In this document: positions 23,790-34,460 of the stretch, piece by piece
How positions within the stretch are numbered: position 1 is the first letter of the stretch
Layout of the letters: every line of letters starts with the position of its first letter
DNA from: a virus
IMG/VR virus record: IMGVR_UViG_3300029309_000013
Coordinates: 15,314 to 79,313 of that record
DNA: 64,000 nucleotides
Strand: one strand, 5' to 3'
Notes under the pieces: generated by a model
Seen by the model: only the letters and a program-made list of their open reading frames with translations
Database searches by the model: none
What the model was told of the DNA's origin: nothing
Made by a program: the position numbers and the translations under genes

Positions 23790-26700
23790 ATGGCGAGTGA
23801 AATAAGACAAAAGCAGACTGATGTATGTGCGGATATCCCAAAGGATACTCCATTAAAAAAGATATGCCCAACATGTAAGCCCAATCCAAACTTTATCGAA
23901 CCAAATTGGGTCACTTCTACCAAACCTTTTCTTAACGAAAAGAATTGTGAATACGAAATCACTGTTGATACAAATGAAGCAGGAGATATCTTTACAGCCG
24001 AAGCACTGGCCTCAGAGTTTGATCTTGATACATATCTAAGAACATTTGTGATACCTGGTATAAGATTAATGCTTAGGTACTACGGTAAATTAGAGCTTAA
24101 CCAATTATTGTATGCATCAATCCCAGGATTAACAATAGCAGGTCTAACAGCAGAAGAGCTACTTCGAGCATACCCAACATATGAATCGGCTTTCGAGCAA
24201 TTAATATCTGAAAATGAACCATCCGCAGCAGACCTTGCAGCAGCTGTGATACAGATTCCTACCAAAGAAACAATAACAGACTATTCCGGAGACACCTACG
24301 ACATATTCAGGCTAGATCCAACCATTGTAAATAATCCCGCAATAACCAATCCATTTGCTCTTGAAATTTATGCATACCCAAAAGACTTTGATATTGATCC
24401 GATAACAGGCTTGGGAAAAGTTCGTGTAGCGATCCCTGCATTTATTTTTGATAAGGTACCAGAAGCTCCTGGCGTTGCAGAATTGCAAGTAGAAGCTAGC
24501 GAGACGGAAGATTATGTTGAGATAAAAGCAGAAGAGGCGTTTGCTATTTTTACTAGATTCTCAACTGCAATGACGATCTACGGATCATACCAGTCCTATT
24601 GGTATAGTCAAAACCCAGAATCTGAGATTCAATTTAAAGAATCAGGCGACCCATACTATGCGATTGATTATGCTACTTTGGGCATCAACTTCTTTAATGA
24701 TCTAGCAAATCTCGCATTCGCAAATATGCCACACACAGAATTGTACAAAGTTAAGATAGAGTTTGATAATTCTGACCCTGATAACATGTATAAGATCACT
24801 AACGTAAAGGGTCGTCTACGAGGCTGTAAATACCAGAACTTTACGAAGGGTGGAATTGAAAATTTTAAACAAAAGTACTCAACAAGCAAGAAGACCCCAC
24901 TAATGGGTTATGTGGCTAAAATTAATCTCATAGATATTGATTTAACAGCAAGACAGTCTTATCCTTGGCTTGATTTCATTATGAAGTATACATTTCCGGT
25001 AATACATATCAATTATGGTGCCTTGTCTCAAGAGAGTCTACAAAAGAACGGCCTTGGTTGTGTTGTTGATGGCCTAATTACTAGCGGTGAGAGTATTCGA
25101 GATTACATTTTAAACCAAACATTGTCTCTAAGCGAAATACTTCAGTACGAATTTAATACAAAAAATTGTGCTGCCCTAAAAGATCCCACAAACCAGCCTG
25201 AGTTTAAGTTTTCTCAAGAATTTACCAAGCCTTTTAGTGATGCTAAAAAGGCAAGCACAGAGGCTAAACAATCGGTTGCACAAGAGTACGCGATAAAGAT
25301 TGAAGAGAAAGAGAAACAGTTGCCTATTGCATATCAGCATGCCAATGAATTGACTCATGCGTACCTAGAGGCACTACAAGAATATAATGCTGCAGCCTCT
25401 AGTCCTGATTATAATGAACAGCTTCGTTTATACGCTCCTCTCAAAGAATTAGAAGAGCAAATAAATGCAGCAATCCAAGCAGAGGCAGTAATCAAAAAAG
25501 ATATTCAGAAACTAAAAAAAGAAGCGAAGAAAAAAGCAGCCAGTGCTGGAAGATCAGCTGCATTTAATGCCTTTAGAAACGCCGGCCCCTTCAACGACAG
25601 GAATCTTGAAAACTCAAGAATCTCTGCTGTGGAACAATTTACATCTCAGAGCAGCTTACTCGAGAGTATAGTGGATCTAGAAACTTTTGGTAAGACCGGT
25701 AAATTAAACTTTGGTAATTTTGATGGACAATCAAAAGAGGCAAAGGGTGACTCTATTAAGAGAATGTCTCTTTGCAATATTAGGTCTTTATCTAACAAAG
25801 CTGTTAGGTGTCTTTTGTCTGGTGTAACTTACGAAGATGCACTGAGAAAGCTAATAAAAACTGTCCTAGAATCTTACGATATTGATTTGATAGGCATATT
25901 CATTGAGGGTTTACCATACGAAGAGCAACAAAAACTTAGAGAACAATATGAAAGAGATTTCGGAAACCTACCACTACCATGGGAATCAGGCTATGATCCT
26001 GGTGCTCTATCGTCTACAAACCCATACATAAAACATAAGTCTCGCGACCCAGAAAATGTTTTTCAGGTAAGAACTGCAATCGAGAAAACAAAACTCGACA
26101 CACAAAAAATATCAGACCTTGAACAAACAATAGAACAGATAGGGTCACAAATAAAGAAATTTGAAAAAGACTTGTTAACAATTGAGAAAAGTATTCAAGA
26201 TACGACACAAGAGTTCGCAGCCTTTGAGAGAGGAATGCTCGCTGCCGCCAAAGCGGATCTTGTTCCAGGACCATTCGGCTCAGCTTATGAAGCACATCTA
26301 GCCATAGAGGAAAAGCAAACAATTTTTGATGCTAAAATAAAATCATTTCAAGATATGTTAGTGCAAATCAATGAAGAAATAGATCCGCTAGTTCAAAACA
26401 AATTTAACTTAGAAAGACAACTGGATGGTCTTAGGTCTGGCTTAGAGCTTGATCCTGAGCTTCAAACTAGAATTGATCAATACAATAACCTATCAGATGA
26501 AGAAAAAAAAGAGACCAATAAGCAAGTGGCCGACGAATTAGCTCGTAATATAGGAGCAGGTTTATTCCTTGCTGATCCAAACGATCCTCACACACCGGGT
26601 ACTTACGGTAAAGCCCTTGGTAATATGCAAAAAGCTATCACCCAAGCATACATTAACTATGCTTTGGACTTAATCGATTATGATGTTTTAATGAAAAGAC

Positions 26701-29700
26701 TAGAGAGATTACCTGGCCCTCCGGTTATACAAAGAATATTAAAATCAGTTAGTTGTACATATCAGGGATTATTTTACCCACCGATAGATAGTTTTCTATC
26801 AACTCTAACCTACGACCCTTGTGGTGATAATAAAGGCGGCTTATTGCTACCAGTTGTACCTAAGATTCCAAACTTTTTTGATACATCCTTTTTGAATGTT
26901 GTTAAGAAAAAATTTGTTACTAAAATTGATGATGTGATAACCCAAGTACTAAGCAGTATGCTGTTGAAACTGTTGCAAGTTATTGATGAGGCTTTATGTA
27001 AAAGCATCAATGCGGTAGGTCAATTTGTTGCCTCTGGACAACCAGACCCTGGTGTTGGCCTAGCTGAGGCCTTTAATGATGCTTTCTGCCCGAACGGGAC
27101 AGAAGAAGAAAGAAGCAACACAATAAACTCAGTCTTTGGTGCTTCCGGTATGTCGAATGAAATTAAAGACAATGATTTCAACAATGCATTCAAAACAATG
27201 AGCAGTGTGGTTTCTGGGAAAGAAGCAGCTGCCCTATTTTCTAAAAACGGATCAGAACTGGACATAAATGTTCTTAATAGGATTGCTAGTGTAATTAACG
27301 CTTTTCATCCTGAGTTTAGTGAAGTGCTTGGTGATGCTGATGGTGTTAGAGACATTTTTACAAGAACACAGAAGTTTGTTCCCTTAAATGTTAGGAAAGA
27401 ATTGCGAGACTTCGCAGATAGAACAGATGATAGACCAATATATAACAACATTTGTTTAACAAAAGACGAGTACGAAAAATGGAACACTGATAGAATAAAT
27501 CTATTAACCGACAAAGGGTTAGACGAAAGTTTGGCTAAAGACATCATTGATAAAGCTAATGATAGGGCACTAAATGATCTCGAGGATGTATCGGCAATCA
27601 TCCAACAGGGACCTGATGGCCTGATGCAGGATGCATTAAATGATTTGCTTGGTTTTGCAGAGGACCCAAGCTGCTCAGTAAATAAATCCGCCATAACATT
27701 TGAAGACGAGCAACAAGCAGCATTAAAGGGTCAGTTGATAAATGATTACTTTAAAAATCTAGAGAGAGATTTCTTAAAAGATATTATTGGTGATTTCAGT
27801 TCCATCATGCAAAATGTCCTTCGGGATAAAAACGATCAATCTCTTGCATTTCACGAATTTTATGCTAATTTTCCATTGTTTTTTCCAAATTATGTTAACA
27901 ACAGAGAACACTGGGACATAAGAAAAGAGACCGCTCCATTTTTTATAGAGCCATTTATGGATGAAGATAACATCAACGGAGTGTTCCCAGACACAGTTGG
28001 TATTCATATGAAAAAACAGATCGATCAGAAAAGAAGTTTTAGGACAGATCATGTGAATAGCGGAAACTTTAAGTTAAAATTTCAAGATAGAAAAAATGGA
28101 GAATCAGATGATGATTATTCGTATGCTTTTGATATGAAATTCTCATACGACTTTGATAATCCGTTCCAATACAGCCTAAGTGTTATCCAGAAATATAAAG
28201 ACACAATATATAGCGAATCACAGGAGGTTGCCCTGGATAAGACAGTCACCCTTGATACGAGCGGATATTTAGGGGCTTATGAGAGATTGGATACTAACCA
28301 ACAAAGTCAAGTTGTGTTTAATCAAGCAAGAATGTTTAAAAATTTAATTTCACAAAATGTCTCAAACCTTTCTTTTGACGATCAATTACTAAACAGTGTA
28401 TTTGATTATCACACAACTGCAATGTTAAATTATGTTAAAAAAGCAACCGGAGAAACCGCAGATGGTTCAATACCACCGGGATATAGTTTTGGATATGATG
28501 CTAATCAATTATTGACCGCGCTAGACTTAACATATGTGGATCCCGAAGCTGACCCTAACGATACCTCTACGTGGAAATACACCTATGACGAAGAAGATGC
28601 GGTGCTCGGGAAGAGTGCAACAGAAAACCCCAGAGTTCACTTTTTGACCCCATCTGTGTATGGTGGCTCATACAAACGACCTCAGATTTATATTGAACCA
28701 GCTGTTTATAATGGCTGGATGTCTTTGATGCAAACTTTTGTACCAGAGGTTGAGCCATGCGAGGATAGAGACACTAACTTCTTAGAGATAGCAACAATAA
28801 GGCAGAGAGTTAAGTTTCTCGAAGAAAATATACCAATGGATGAAAGATTATCTATGCCTCCAGAATGCCGAGACGAGAGACCGTATGATAAACTTGCATC
28901 CCCAACAACACATGCTCTAATTGAAGGCACTGTTATAGCAACAGTGAGAGTTTATGTTACAGAATTTATTCTAAGAACAATGCCCATATTCTCAAGTGTT
29001 GAGTACAATTCTAAAAATGTTGATGATACCATGTTTGATACTATGGTTGATGAAATTGAAAAAGCATTAAAAGATGAGACAGCTTGGTTTACAACAATCC
29101 AGGGGTTTGTTTATTGGCTATTGTTTTTAGAACAATCAGCCCAAGTCGCTCAACGTCAATTAAAGGATGGTCTTATAGAGTCAACACAAGCCCTTGAGGA
29201 TGCGTTTACTGAGATTGGTGAGGTAGAAGCTAGGTACTCGGCAGAAGAGCCTATAGCGGTCCTTAACGGAGCTGCAATCGCTGCTTATGGTGAGGATTTT
29301 CAAAAGACATCTTTGTCTGTGCCCTATAAAATATTATTGGGAATACTTGAGGCCGGAGGTACAATAGGTCTTAGTTTAAATCTTATTAGATATGCATCTA
29401 AGCTATACAACTTATATGAATCTCAAGCTGCAGCTAAAATAGCGCTAAGAAGTATTATCAAAAAAGAATTTGAGACCTTGGTTGAAAAAGTAAACTTTAA
29501 CATGAGACCAAGACCACACGTTCACGATATCAATAAATATTTACTGGGTAGGAATGGATATGTCCGCAACTCAACAATCCGTGCCGGCGAACAGGTCATT
29601 GAGGCACCAACTGTTGAAAATGCCTCTATCCCTGCATATGGAACAATACAAAATGTTGCCGAGAGCAATGATGTTAATCCGTTGGATGGTATTGAACTAG

Positions 29701-30815
29701 CAATGTCGATTCACGACCTGGACCTCCCTGGAGGCAATTTAGTTGATTTTTTAGCAGACAATTTTTCACTTGACTTAAGCATTGATAGTTTATCAGATTT
29801 AGCTAATTTGGGCAATTATGAAATACCGAGCGTAGAAGATATACAGAATAGTTTAGTGTCTATATATTCTCCTCTACAAAACGGCTTCTTTTTCTTGGAG
29901 AAGTATATTCGTGTGCTGGGCAAAGACGAACAAGTCTATACAGTACCCCAGTTTCAAGATCTAATAAGAAACTCTGGGTTTGATCCTGCTTCTCATTTAA
30001 ACGAACATTTTGGTAACGCTGAAATAGTTAACGATGAACTTATAGGAACAATTGGAGTAAAGTATGGTGTTAGGCTGTCTTATGTTGCCCCAAAAGACGT
30101 ATCATATTCTGTGAGTGATAGTTTTTCTAGTCAAGAAAGGTCTTATAGATTCCCATCCGCAAAGGTATTCATAAAAATACCAGATAATGTTGTAAATCTT
30201 ATACCTTCTCCAATTAAAGAATTAATCGAGCCTTATACTAGTTTTGAGGTTGAAAATGTATTCCGTAATATTGTACCGCTAGTAAGTTTTGAACAAGACC
30301 TGCCGGATTACAAAATTGACGAAATAGACCTAGAGAGTCAAGACCTAGGACAGGATGTAAAATGTTACGTTGATAAGTTGGTGGAGCAAGAAGATTTTAA
30401 GTTATTGTTCGACTATATATTTCCCAACAAAACATTTGTATCAATGTTGGGCATATATTCTTTTTATGGGTTCTTTCAATCAATTGGCGAGGACGATTCA
30501 GAAAGAGATAGAGGGTCGATCAGCGATCCCGACTCATGGCAGGACAAAGTATTTAACGATACAAGATCAAGACTTAGAAAGATGTTTGCTAGTGCCTATA
30601 GATCTGATGATGATACATATGATGATGAAGAGGGTGCCTCCTCTTCTAGAGATAAAGATAGAAGATTTCTTAAAAATATCTTACCTCTAGCATATTTAAA
30701 CTTAGATTCTAGCATTAATTGGTTTATGAGAAGAAGAATTATTGAGGAGAAGCCTTTTGATTCTGATGGTAAGCCGTGTAAAAATGTCTTCCAGAAGCTA
30801 TTTGAGGATAATTAA
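23790..30815 (+). CDS. very large (2341 aa) virion structural protein of unknown function
   Basis: Long uninterrupted ORF between the spike and gp25 genes; coiled-coil segments; N-terminal CPTC. Confidence 0.6.
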   Translation: MASEIRQKQTDVCADIPKDTPLKKICPTCKPNPNFIEPNWVTSTKPFLNEKNCEYEITVDTNEAGDIFTAEALASEFDLDTYLRTFVIPGIRLMLRYYGKLELNQLLYASIPGLTIAGLTAEELLRAYPTYESAFEQLISENEPSAADLAAAVIQIPTKETITDYSGDTYDIFRLDPTIVNNPAITNPFALEIYAYPKDFDIDPITGLGKVRVAIPAFIFDKVPEAPGVAELQVEASETEDYVEIKAEEAFAIFTRFSTAMTIYGSYQSYWYSQNPESEIQFKESGDPYYAIDYATLGINFFNDLANLAFANMPHTELYKVKIEFDNSDPDNMYKITNVKGRLRGCKYQNFTKGGIENFKQKYSTSKKTPLMGYVAKINLIDIDLTARQSYPWLDFIMKYTFPVIHINYGALSQESLQKNGLGCVVDGLITSGESIRDYILNQTLSLSEILQYEFNTKNCAALKDPTNQPEFKFSQEFTKPFSDAKKASTEAKQSVAQEYAIKIEEKEKQLPIAYQHANELTHAYLEALQEYNAAASSPDYNEQLRLYAPLKELEEQINAAIQAEAVIKKDIQKLKKEAKKKAASAGRSAAFNAFRNAGPFNDRNLENSRISAVEQFTSQSSLLESIVDLETFGKTGKLNFGNFDGQSKEAKGDSIKRMSLCNIRSLSNKAVRCLLSGVTYEDALRKLIKTVLESYDIDLIGIFIEGLPYEEQQKLREQYERDFGNLPLPWESGYDPGALSSTNPYIKHKSRDPENVFQVRTAIEKTKLDTQKISDLEQTIEQIGSQIKKFEKDLLTIEKSIQDTTQEFAAFERGMLAAAKADLVPGPFGSAYEAHLAIEEKQTIFDAKIKSFQDMLVQINEEIDPLVQNKFNLERQLDGLRSGLELDPELQTRIDQYNNLSDEEKKETNKQVADELARNIGAGLFLADPNDPHTPGTYGKALGNMQKAITQAYINYALDLIDYDVLMKRLERLPGPPVIQRILKSVSCTYQGLFYPPIDSFLSTLTYDPCGDNKGGLLLPVVPKIPNFFDTSFLNVVKKKFVTKIDDVITQVLSSMLLKLLQVIDEALCKSINAVGQFVASGQPDPGVGLAEAFNDAFCPNGTEEERSNTINSVFGASGMSNEIKDNDFNNAFKTMSSVVSGKEAAALFSKNGSELDINVLNRIASVINAFHPEFSEVLGDADGVRDIFTRTQKFVPLNVRKELRDFADRTDDRPIYNNICLTKDEYEKWNTDRINLLTDKGLDESLAKDIIDKANDRALNDLEDVSAIIQQGPDGLMQDALNDLLGFAEDPSCSVNKSAITFEDEQQAALKGQLINDYFKNLERDFLKDIIGDFSSIMQNVLRDKNDQSLAFHEFYANFPLFFPNYVNNREHWDIRKETAPFFIEPFMDEDNINGVFPDTVGIHMKKQIDQKRSFRTDHVNSGNFKLKFQDRKNGESDDDYSYAFDMKFSYDFDNPFQYSLSVIQKYKDTIYSESQEVALDKTVTLDTSGYLGAYERLDTNQQSQVVFNQARMFKNLISQNVSNLSFDDQLLNSVFDYHTTAMLNYVKKATGETADGSIPPGYSFGYDANQLLTALDLTYVDPEADPNDTSTWKYTYDEEDAVLGKSATENPRVHFLTPSVYGGSYKRPQIYIEPAVYNGWMSLMQTFVPEVEPCEDRDTNFLEIATIRQRVKFLEENIPMDERLSMPPECRDERPYDKLASPTTHALIEGTVIATVRVYVTEFILRTMPIFSSVEYNSKNVDDTMFDTMVDEIEKALKDETAWFTTIQGFVYWLLFLEQSAQVAQRQLKDGLIESTQALEDAFTEIGEVEARYSAEEPIAVLNGAAIAAYGEDFQKTSLSVPYKILLGILEAGGTIGLSLNLIRYASKLYNLYESQAAAKIALRSIIKKEFETLVEKVNFNMRPRPHVHDINKYLLGRNGYVRNSTIRAGEQVIEAPTVENASIPAYGTIQNVAESNDVNPLDGIELAMSIHDLDLPGGNLVDFLADNFSLDLSIDSLSDLANLGNYEIPSVEDIQNSLVSIYSPLQNGFFFLEKYIRVLGKDEQVYTVPQFQDLIRNSGFDPASHLNEHFGNAEIVNDELIGTIGVKYGVRLSYVAPKDVSYSVSDSFSSQERSYRFPSAKVFIKIPDNVVNLIPSPIKELIEPYTSFEVENVFRNIVPLVSFEQDLPDYKIDEIDLESQDLGQDVKCYVDKLVEQEDFKLLFDYIFPNKTFVSMLGIYSFYGFFQSIGEDDSERDRGSISDPDSWQDKVFNDTRSRLRKMFASAYRSDDDTYDDEEGASSSRDKDRRFLKNILPLAYLNLDSSINWFMRRRIIEEKPFDSDGKPCKNVFQKLFEDN

Positions 30816-30816
30816 T

Positions 30817-31191
30817 ATGGCCTTATCACTATCACTACCGCTACTAGTAAATCGTATTGATGGATTCTCCACCTTCAGTGAATCAGATCTTATTGACGCT
30901 ATTAAGCAAAACATGAAAATGCTATTGCTAACAAATCCTGGGGAACTGCTTTTCAACGCTGAAGCTGGCTGTGGATTAGATAGATTTTTATTTGAACTTG
31001 AAAGCCAAGAGCTAGCAAACACAGTCAAGAGTACAATATTACAGCAGTTTTCAATTTACTTACCATATGTCGTAATAACAAGTCTAGATGTAACTTTAGA
31101 TCCTGAATCAAATAGTATGCGAATTAGTTATGTTTTTGATGTTGATAGGTTGATAACTCAAGAAACCTTTGCAATTGAGGTCTTTGCATAA
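30817..31191 (+). CDS. baseplate wedge subunit gp25-like
   Basis: IKQNMKMLLLTNPGE.......GCGL.RFLFE...YLPYV signature. Start taken as ATG 30817. Confidence 0.88.
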   Translation: MALSLSLPLLVNRIDGFSTFSESDLIDAIKQNMKMLLLTNPGELLFNAEAGCGLDRFLFELESQELANTVKSTILQQFSIYLPYVVITSLDVTLDPESNSMRISYVFDVDRLITQETFAIEVFA

Positions 31192-31207
31192 GAAACGCCT
31201 CAAAGAA

Positions 31208-31214
31208 CTATTTA
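31208..31214 (+). promoter_or_regulatory. putative late promoter CTATTTA
   Basis: Intergenic ACTATTTAAAT about 20 nt upstream of the gp6-like start. Confidence 0.55.
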
Positions 31215-31233
31215 AATTTACGAGGGACTATGG

Positions 31234-33033
31234 ATGCCTAAAGGTAAAAACATTAATATAAATTACACTAGTAGAGATTTTGACTCTATTAAGAGAGATC
31301 TGGAAGAGTACGCTAAAAGACATTACCCAGACACCTACAAGGATTTTAGCGCCTTATCCGTAAACTCATTAATCCTTGACTCTGTAGCTTATGTTGGTGA
31401 TATCTTGTCTTACTATGTAGACTACCAGGCCAATGAGTCTTTTTTGGACACCTCCATTGAGAGAGCTAACATAAGAAAAATATCCAGGTCTCTTGGTTAT
31501 AAATTTTCTGGTAAACCAAATGCCTATGGTCAAGTTGCCTTATTTTGCTTAATACCTGCTGATGAAGATGGGATTGCACCAAACGCTAGTTATTATCCCA
31601 TAATTAAAAGAGGAACTTCTTTTACAAATGCAAATGGCGCTACATACACACTAACTGAAGATGTTAGGTTTGATAGTGATACAACTGAGGTTGTTGCTGC
31701 TAGATTTGATTCCACATCCGGTCAAACAACATTTTTTGCAGCCAAGAACTATGGCCAAGTGGTGTCTGGGGTTTTTCAACAATCAACCGCTGATTTAACA
31801 AACTCAACGTTTAGAAAATTTAGAAAAATTAAAGTTGGTGACGTTAACACCTCAGAGGTTGTTTCTATAAAAGATTCTGATGGGAATGAATATTTTGAAG
31901 TTGACAACCTTTCACAAGAAGTTGTGTTTAAAGAGGTCACAAATAAATCAGCAGCCTCTGATGGTGTTAGGTCAATTATGAAACCGTTTATAGCCACTAG
32001 GAGATTTATTGTTGAACAAGACGACACAGGGACCTATGTCCAGTTTGGATTTGGTGATGAATCAAACGAGCCAGAGGGCCTTGCAGATCCATCTAAACTA
32101 GCTATTAAAATGCATGGAAAAAGAGAGATATCATCCTTAACGTTTGACCCAACTCAATTGCTAGGAACCTCAAAGCTTGGTTTTTCTCCACAAAATACAG
32201 TCTTAACAATTGTTACAAAAGTTAACGACTCAGCAAATATCAATTCTGCTGTTGATTCTCTAAGAACAATAAAGTTTAGGAATATAGATTTTGATAACAT
32301 ACAGGCACTATCAGCCCCCTTGGTCAGACAAGTTCTTAATTCAATTGAGGTCACAAATGAAGAGCCGATTATAGGCGGCGACTCTACTATGACCAATGAA
32401 GAAATTAAGCAAAATGCAAAAACCTATTATGCATCTCAAAGCAGGGCTGTGACCAAGCAGGATTATGAATCACTGGTGTATAGTATGCCTGCAAAATTTG
32501 GTAAAATAAAAAGAGTCAATGTTGTTAATGACCCATCATCAACAAATAGAAGAATAGCAATGTACCTAATATCGGTCGATAAAAATGGAAGATTAACAAC
32601 AGCAAACAGTAGAATTAAATTAAATGTTAAGAACTGGTTATCAAGCTATCAATCACTTAATGATAGAGTTGATATTTTTGACGCTAAGATAGTAAACTTT
32701 GGTATTGATTTTAAAATAACTGTAGATGAGAGATATAGTCAATATGATATTGTTGGTCGCTGTGTTGAAAAGTTAAAACAAGAGTATTCTAACCAGCTTT
32801 ACATTGGCGAACCTGTATCTATCACAAACTTATACTCTGTCCTTGGAAAAGTCGAGGGTGTCGCAGACGTTAAAAACGTTAATGTTATACCGAAAAAAGG
32901 CACTAATTATTCAGCGACTAGATTTAATTTTGATGAAATGAAAAGCACTGATGGTACTTTTATTAAGACACCAAAAAATGTTATAATGGAGTTAAAATTT
33001 CCAAATGCAGATATTAGAGGAAGGATTGCATAA
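31234..33033 (+). CDS. baseplate wedge subunit gp6-like (baseplate J family)
   Basis: YTSRDFDSIK..L, DF...AYVGDILSYYVD.QANESFL, LGYK, FGFG, SQSRAVTKQDY. Confidence 0.88.
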   Translation: MPKGKNININYTSRDFDSIKRDLEEYAKRHYPDTYKDFSALSVNSLILDSVAYVGDILSYYVDYQANESFLDTSIERANIRKISRSLGYKFSGKPNAYGQVALFCLIPADEDGIAPNASYYPIIKRGTSFTNANGATYTLTEDVRFDSDTTEVVAARFDSTSGQTTFFAAKNYGQVVSGVFQQSTADLTNSTFRKFRKIKVGDVNTSEVVSIKDSDGNEYFEVDNLSQEVVFKEVTNKSAASDGVRSIMKPFIATRRFIVEQDDTGTYVQFGFGDESNEPEGLADPSKLAIKMHGKREISSLTFDPTQLLGTSKLGFSPQNTVLTIVTKVNDSANINSAVDSLRTIKFRNIDFDNIQALSAPLVRQVLNSIEVTNEEPIIGGDSTMTNEEIKQNAKTYYASQSRAVTKQDYESLVYSMPAKFGKIKRVNVVNDPSSTNRRIAMYLISVDKNGRLTTANSRIKLNVKNWLSSYQSLNDRVDIFDAKIVNFGIDFKITVDERYSQYDIVGRCVEKLKQEYSNQLYIGEPVSITNLYSVLGKVEGVADVKNVNVIPKKGTNYSATRFNFDEMKSTDGTFIKTPKNVIMELKFPNADIRGRIA

Positions 33034-34460
33034 TGATTAAAAGATATTTTGCAGATGCTGATAATACTATCTCTAATGCCTTTGATGAGTCACTAAGCAC
33101 TAGGGCCACTGGATCAAACATGGGCCAGTCCGACATACTTGAAGTTTTCTCAATATATGCGCAAGTTTCTAACTCTTCAGGCTTATCCTCTGAATTATCA
33201 AGAGTTATAATACAGTTCCCAATGTCTACAGTATCATCGGATAGAAATGCCGGAACGGTGCCTTCTAATGCGTCATATTTTTTAAAACTATACAATGCCG
33301 AGCATCCATTTACATTACCTAGACAATATAATCTTGAAGTATTAGCAGTTTCTGCTTCATGGCAGGAAGGCCTTGGCTTGGACATGGATAATTACACTGA
33401 CTTAACATATGATGTTGTAGGCTCGAACTGGATAAAAAGGTCTGGTTCAACCTCCTGGAGTAGCCAAGGGGCAGACACACATGCCTCTCCAATATTTAAT
33501 CAAAATTTTGACGAAGGAACAGAGGACCTAGAAGTAGATGTAACATCTTTGGTAAATCAGTGGCATGCAGGAACTAAAGAAAATTATGGCTTTATGGTGA
33601 GACTATCCTCTTCTCTAGAATCTCAAGCTAAATCTTATTATACAAAAAAGTTTTTCTCTCGAAGCTCTGAATTTTTCTTTAAAAGACCTGTTCTAGAGGC
33701 ACGTTGGGATAGTTCAATAAGAGACGATAGGGCAAATTTTTACGCTTCATCATCTCTCTCCCCCGCTGAAGATAATCTTAACACTCTTTTTCTCTATAAT
33801 TATTCTAGGGGCAGATTGGCTAACATACCTGCAATTGGAACTGGGGAGATTTTTGTTAATCTACACGAAACACTGGGCGGAGATCCTAGTACTCTAGCCG
33901 TAAACACACCAGCAACTGGTGGATATGTTTCAACAGGTATATACTCCTGCTCAGTAGGAGTGGATACTACTGCGACCAACATACGAGATGTTTGGTTTTC
34001 TGGTAGTACTCAGTTTTTCACAGGCTCTATAGTGGTAAAAAGGCAGGAGGTCGAGCAGTATGTTACTGATTCTGACTATGTTTTATCAATGCCTGGTCTT
34101 AAAAAAGAATATCAATATGAACAAACTCATAAACTTAGACTTTACGCAAGAGAAAAAAAATGGTCACCTAGTATTTTTACAACAGCCACAACAATTCCTG
34201 CTAGTTTAATTTTTGAAAGTGCTTCTTATGAAATTTTTAGAGCTATTGATGGAGAGACAGTTGTGCCTTACGGTACCGGGTCCTCTCAACATACCAGATT
34301 ATCTTATGACGTTTCAGGTAACTATTTTTATCTTGATACTTCTGTTCTTGAACCTAATTATACATACGGAATACGTTATTCTATATATAATTCGAATGCT
34401 GCTAGCTATGAAGAGCAGCCATATACTTTCAAGATAAGAGTAGTTAAAAATGAGTATTAA
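33033..34460 (+). CDS. baseplate/tail structural protein (DNRLRE-like beta domain)
   Basis: ADNTI...SRVIIQF...W.EG.G...DVTSLVNQW....NYGFMVR...RPVLE pattern; rich in S/T-G/A/S-S tripeptides. Confidence 0.6.
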   Translation: MIKRYFADADNTISNAFDESLSTRATGSNMGQSDILEVFSIYAQVSNSSGLSSELSRVIIQFPMSTVSSDRNAGTVPSNASYFLKLYNAEHPFTLPRQYNLEVLAVSASWQEGLGLDMDNYTDLTYDVVGSNWIKRSGSTSWSSQGADTHASPIFNQNFDEGTEDLEVDVTSLVNQWHAGTKENYGFMVRLSSSLESQAKSYYTKKFFSRSSEFFFKRPVLEARWDSSIRDDRANFYASSSLSPAEDNLNTLFLYNYSRGRLANIPAIGTGEIFVNLHETLGGDPSTLAVNTPATGGYVSTGIYSCSVGVDTTATNIRDVWFSGSTQFFTGSIVVKRQEVEQYVTDSDYVLSMPGLKKEYQYEQTHKLRLYAREKKWSPSIFTTATTIPASLIFESASYEIFRAIDGETVVPYGTGSSQHTRLSYDVSGNYFYLDTSVLEPNYTYGIRYSIYNSNAASYEEQPYTFKIRVVKNEY

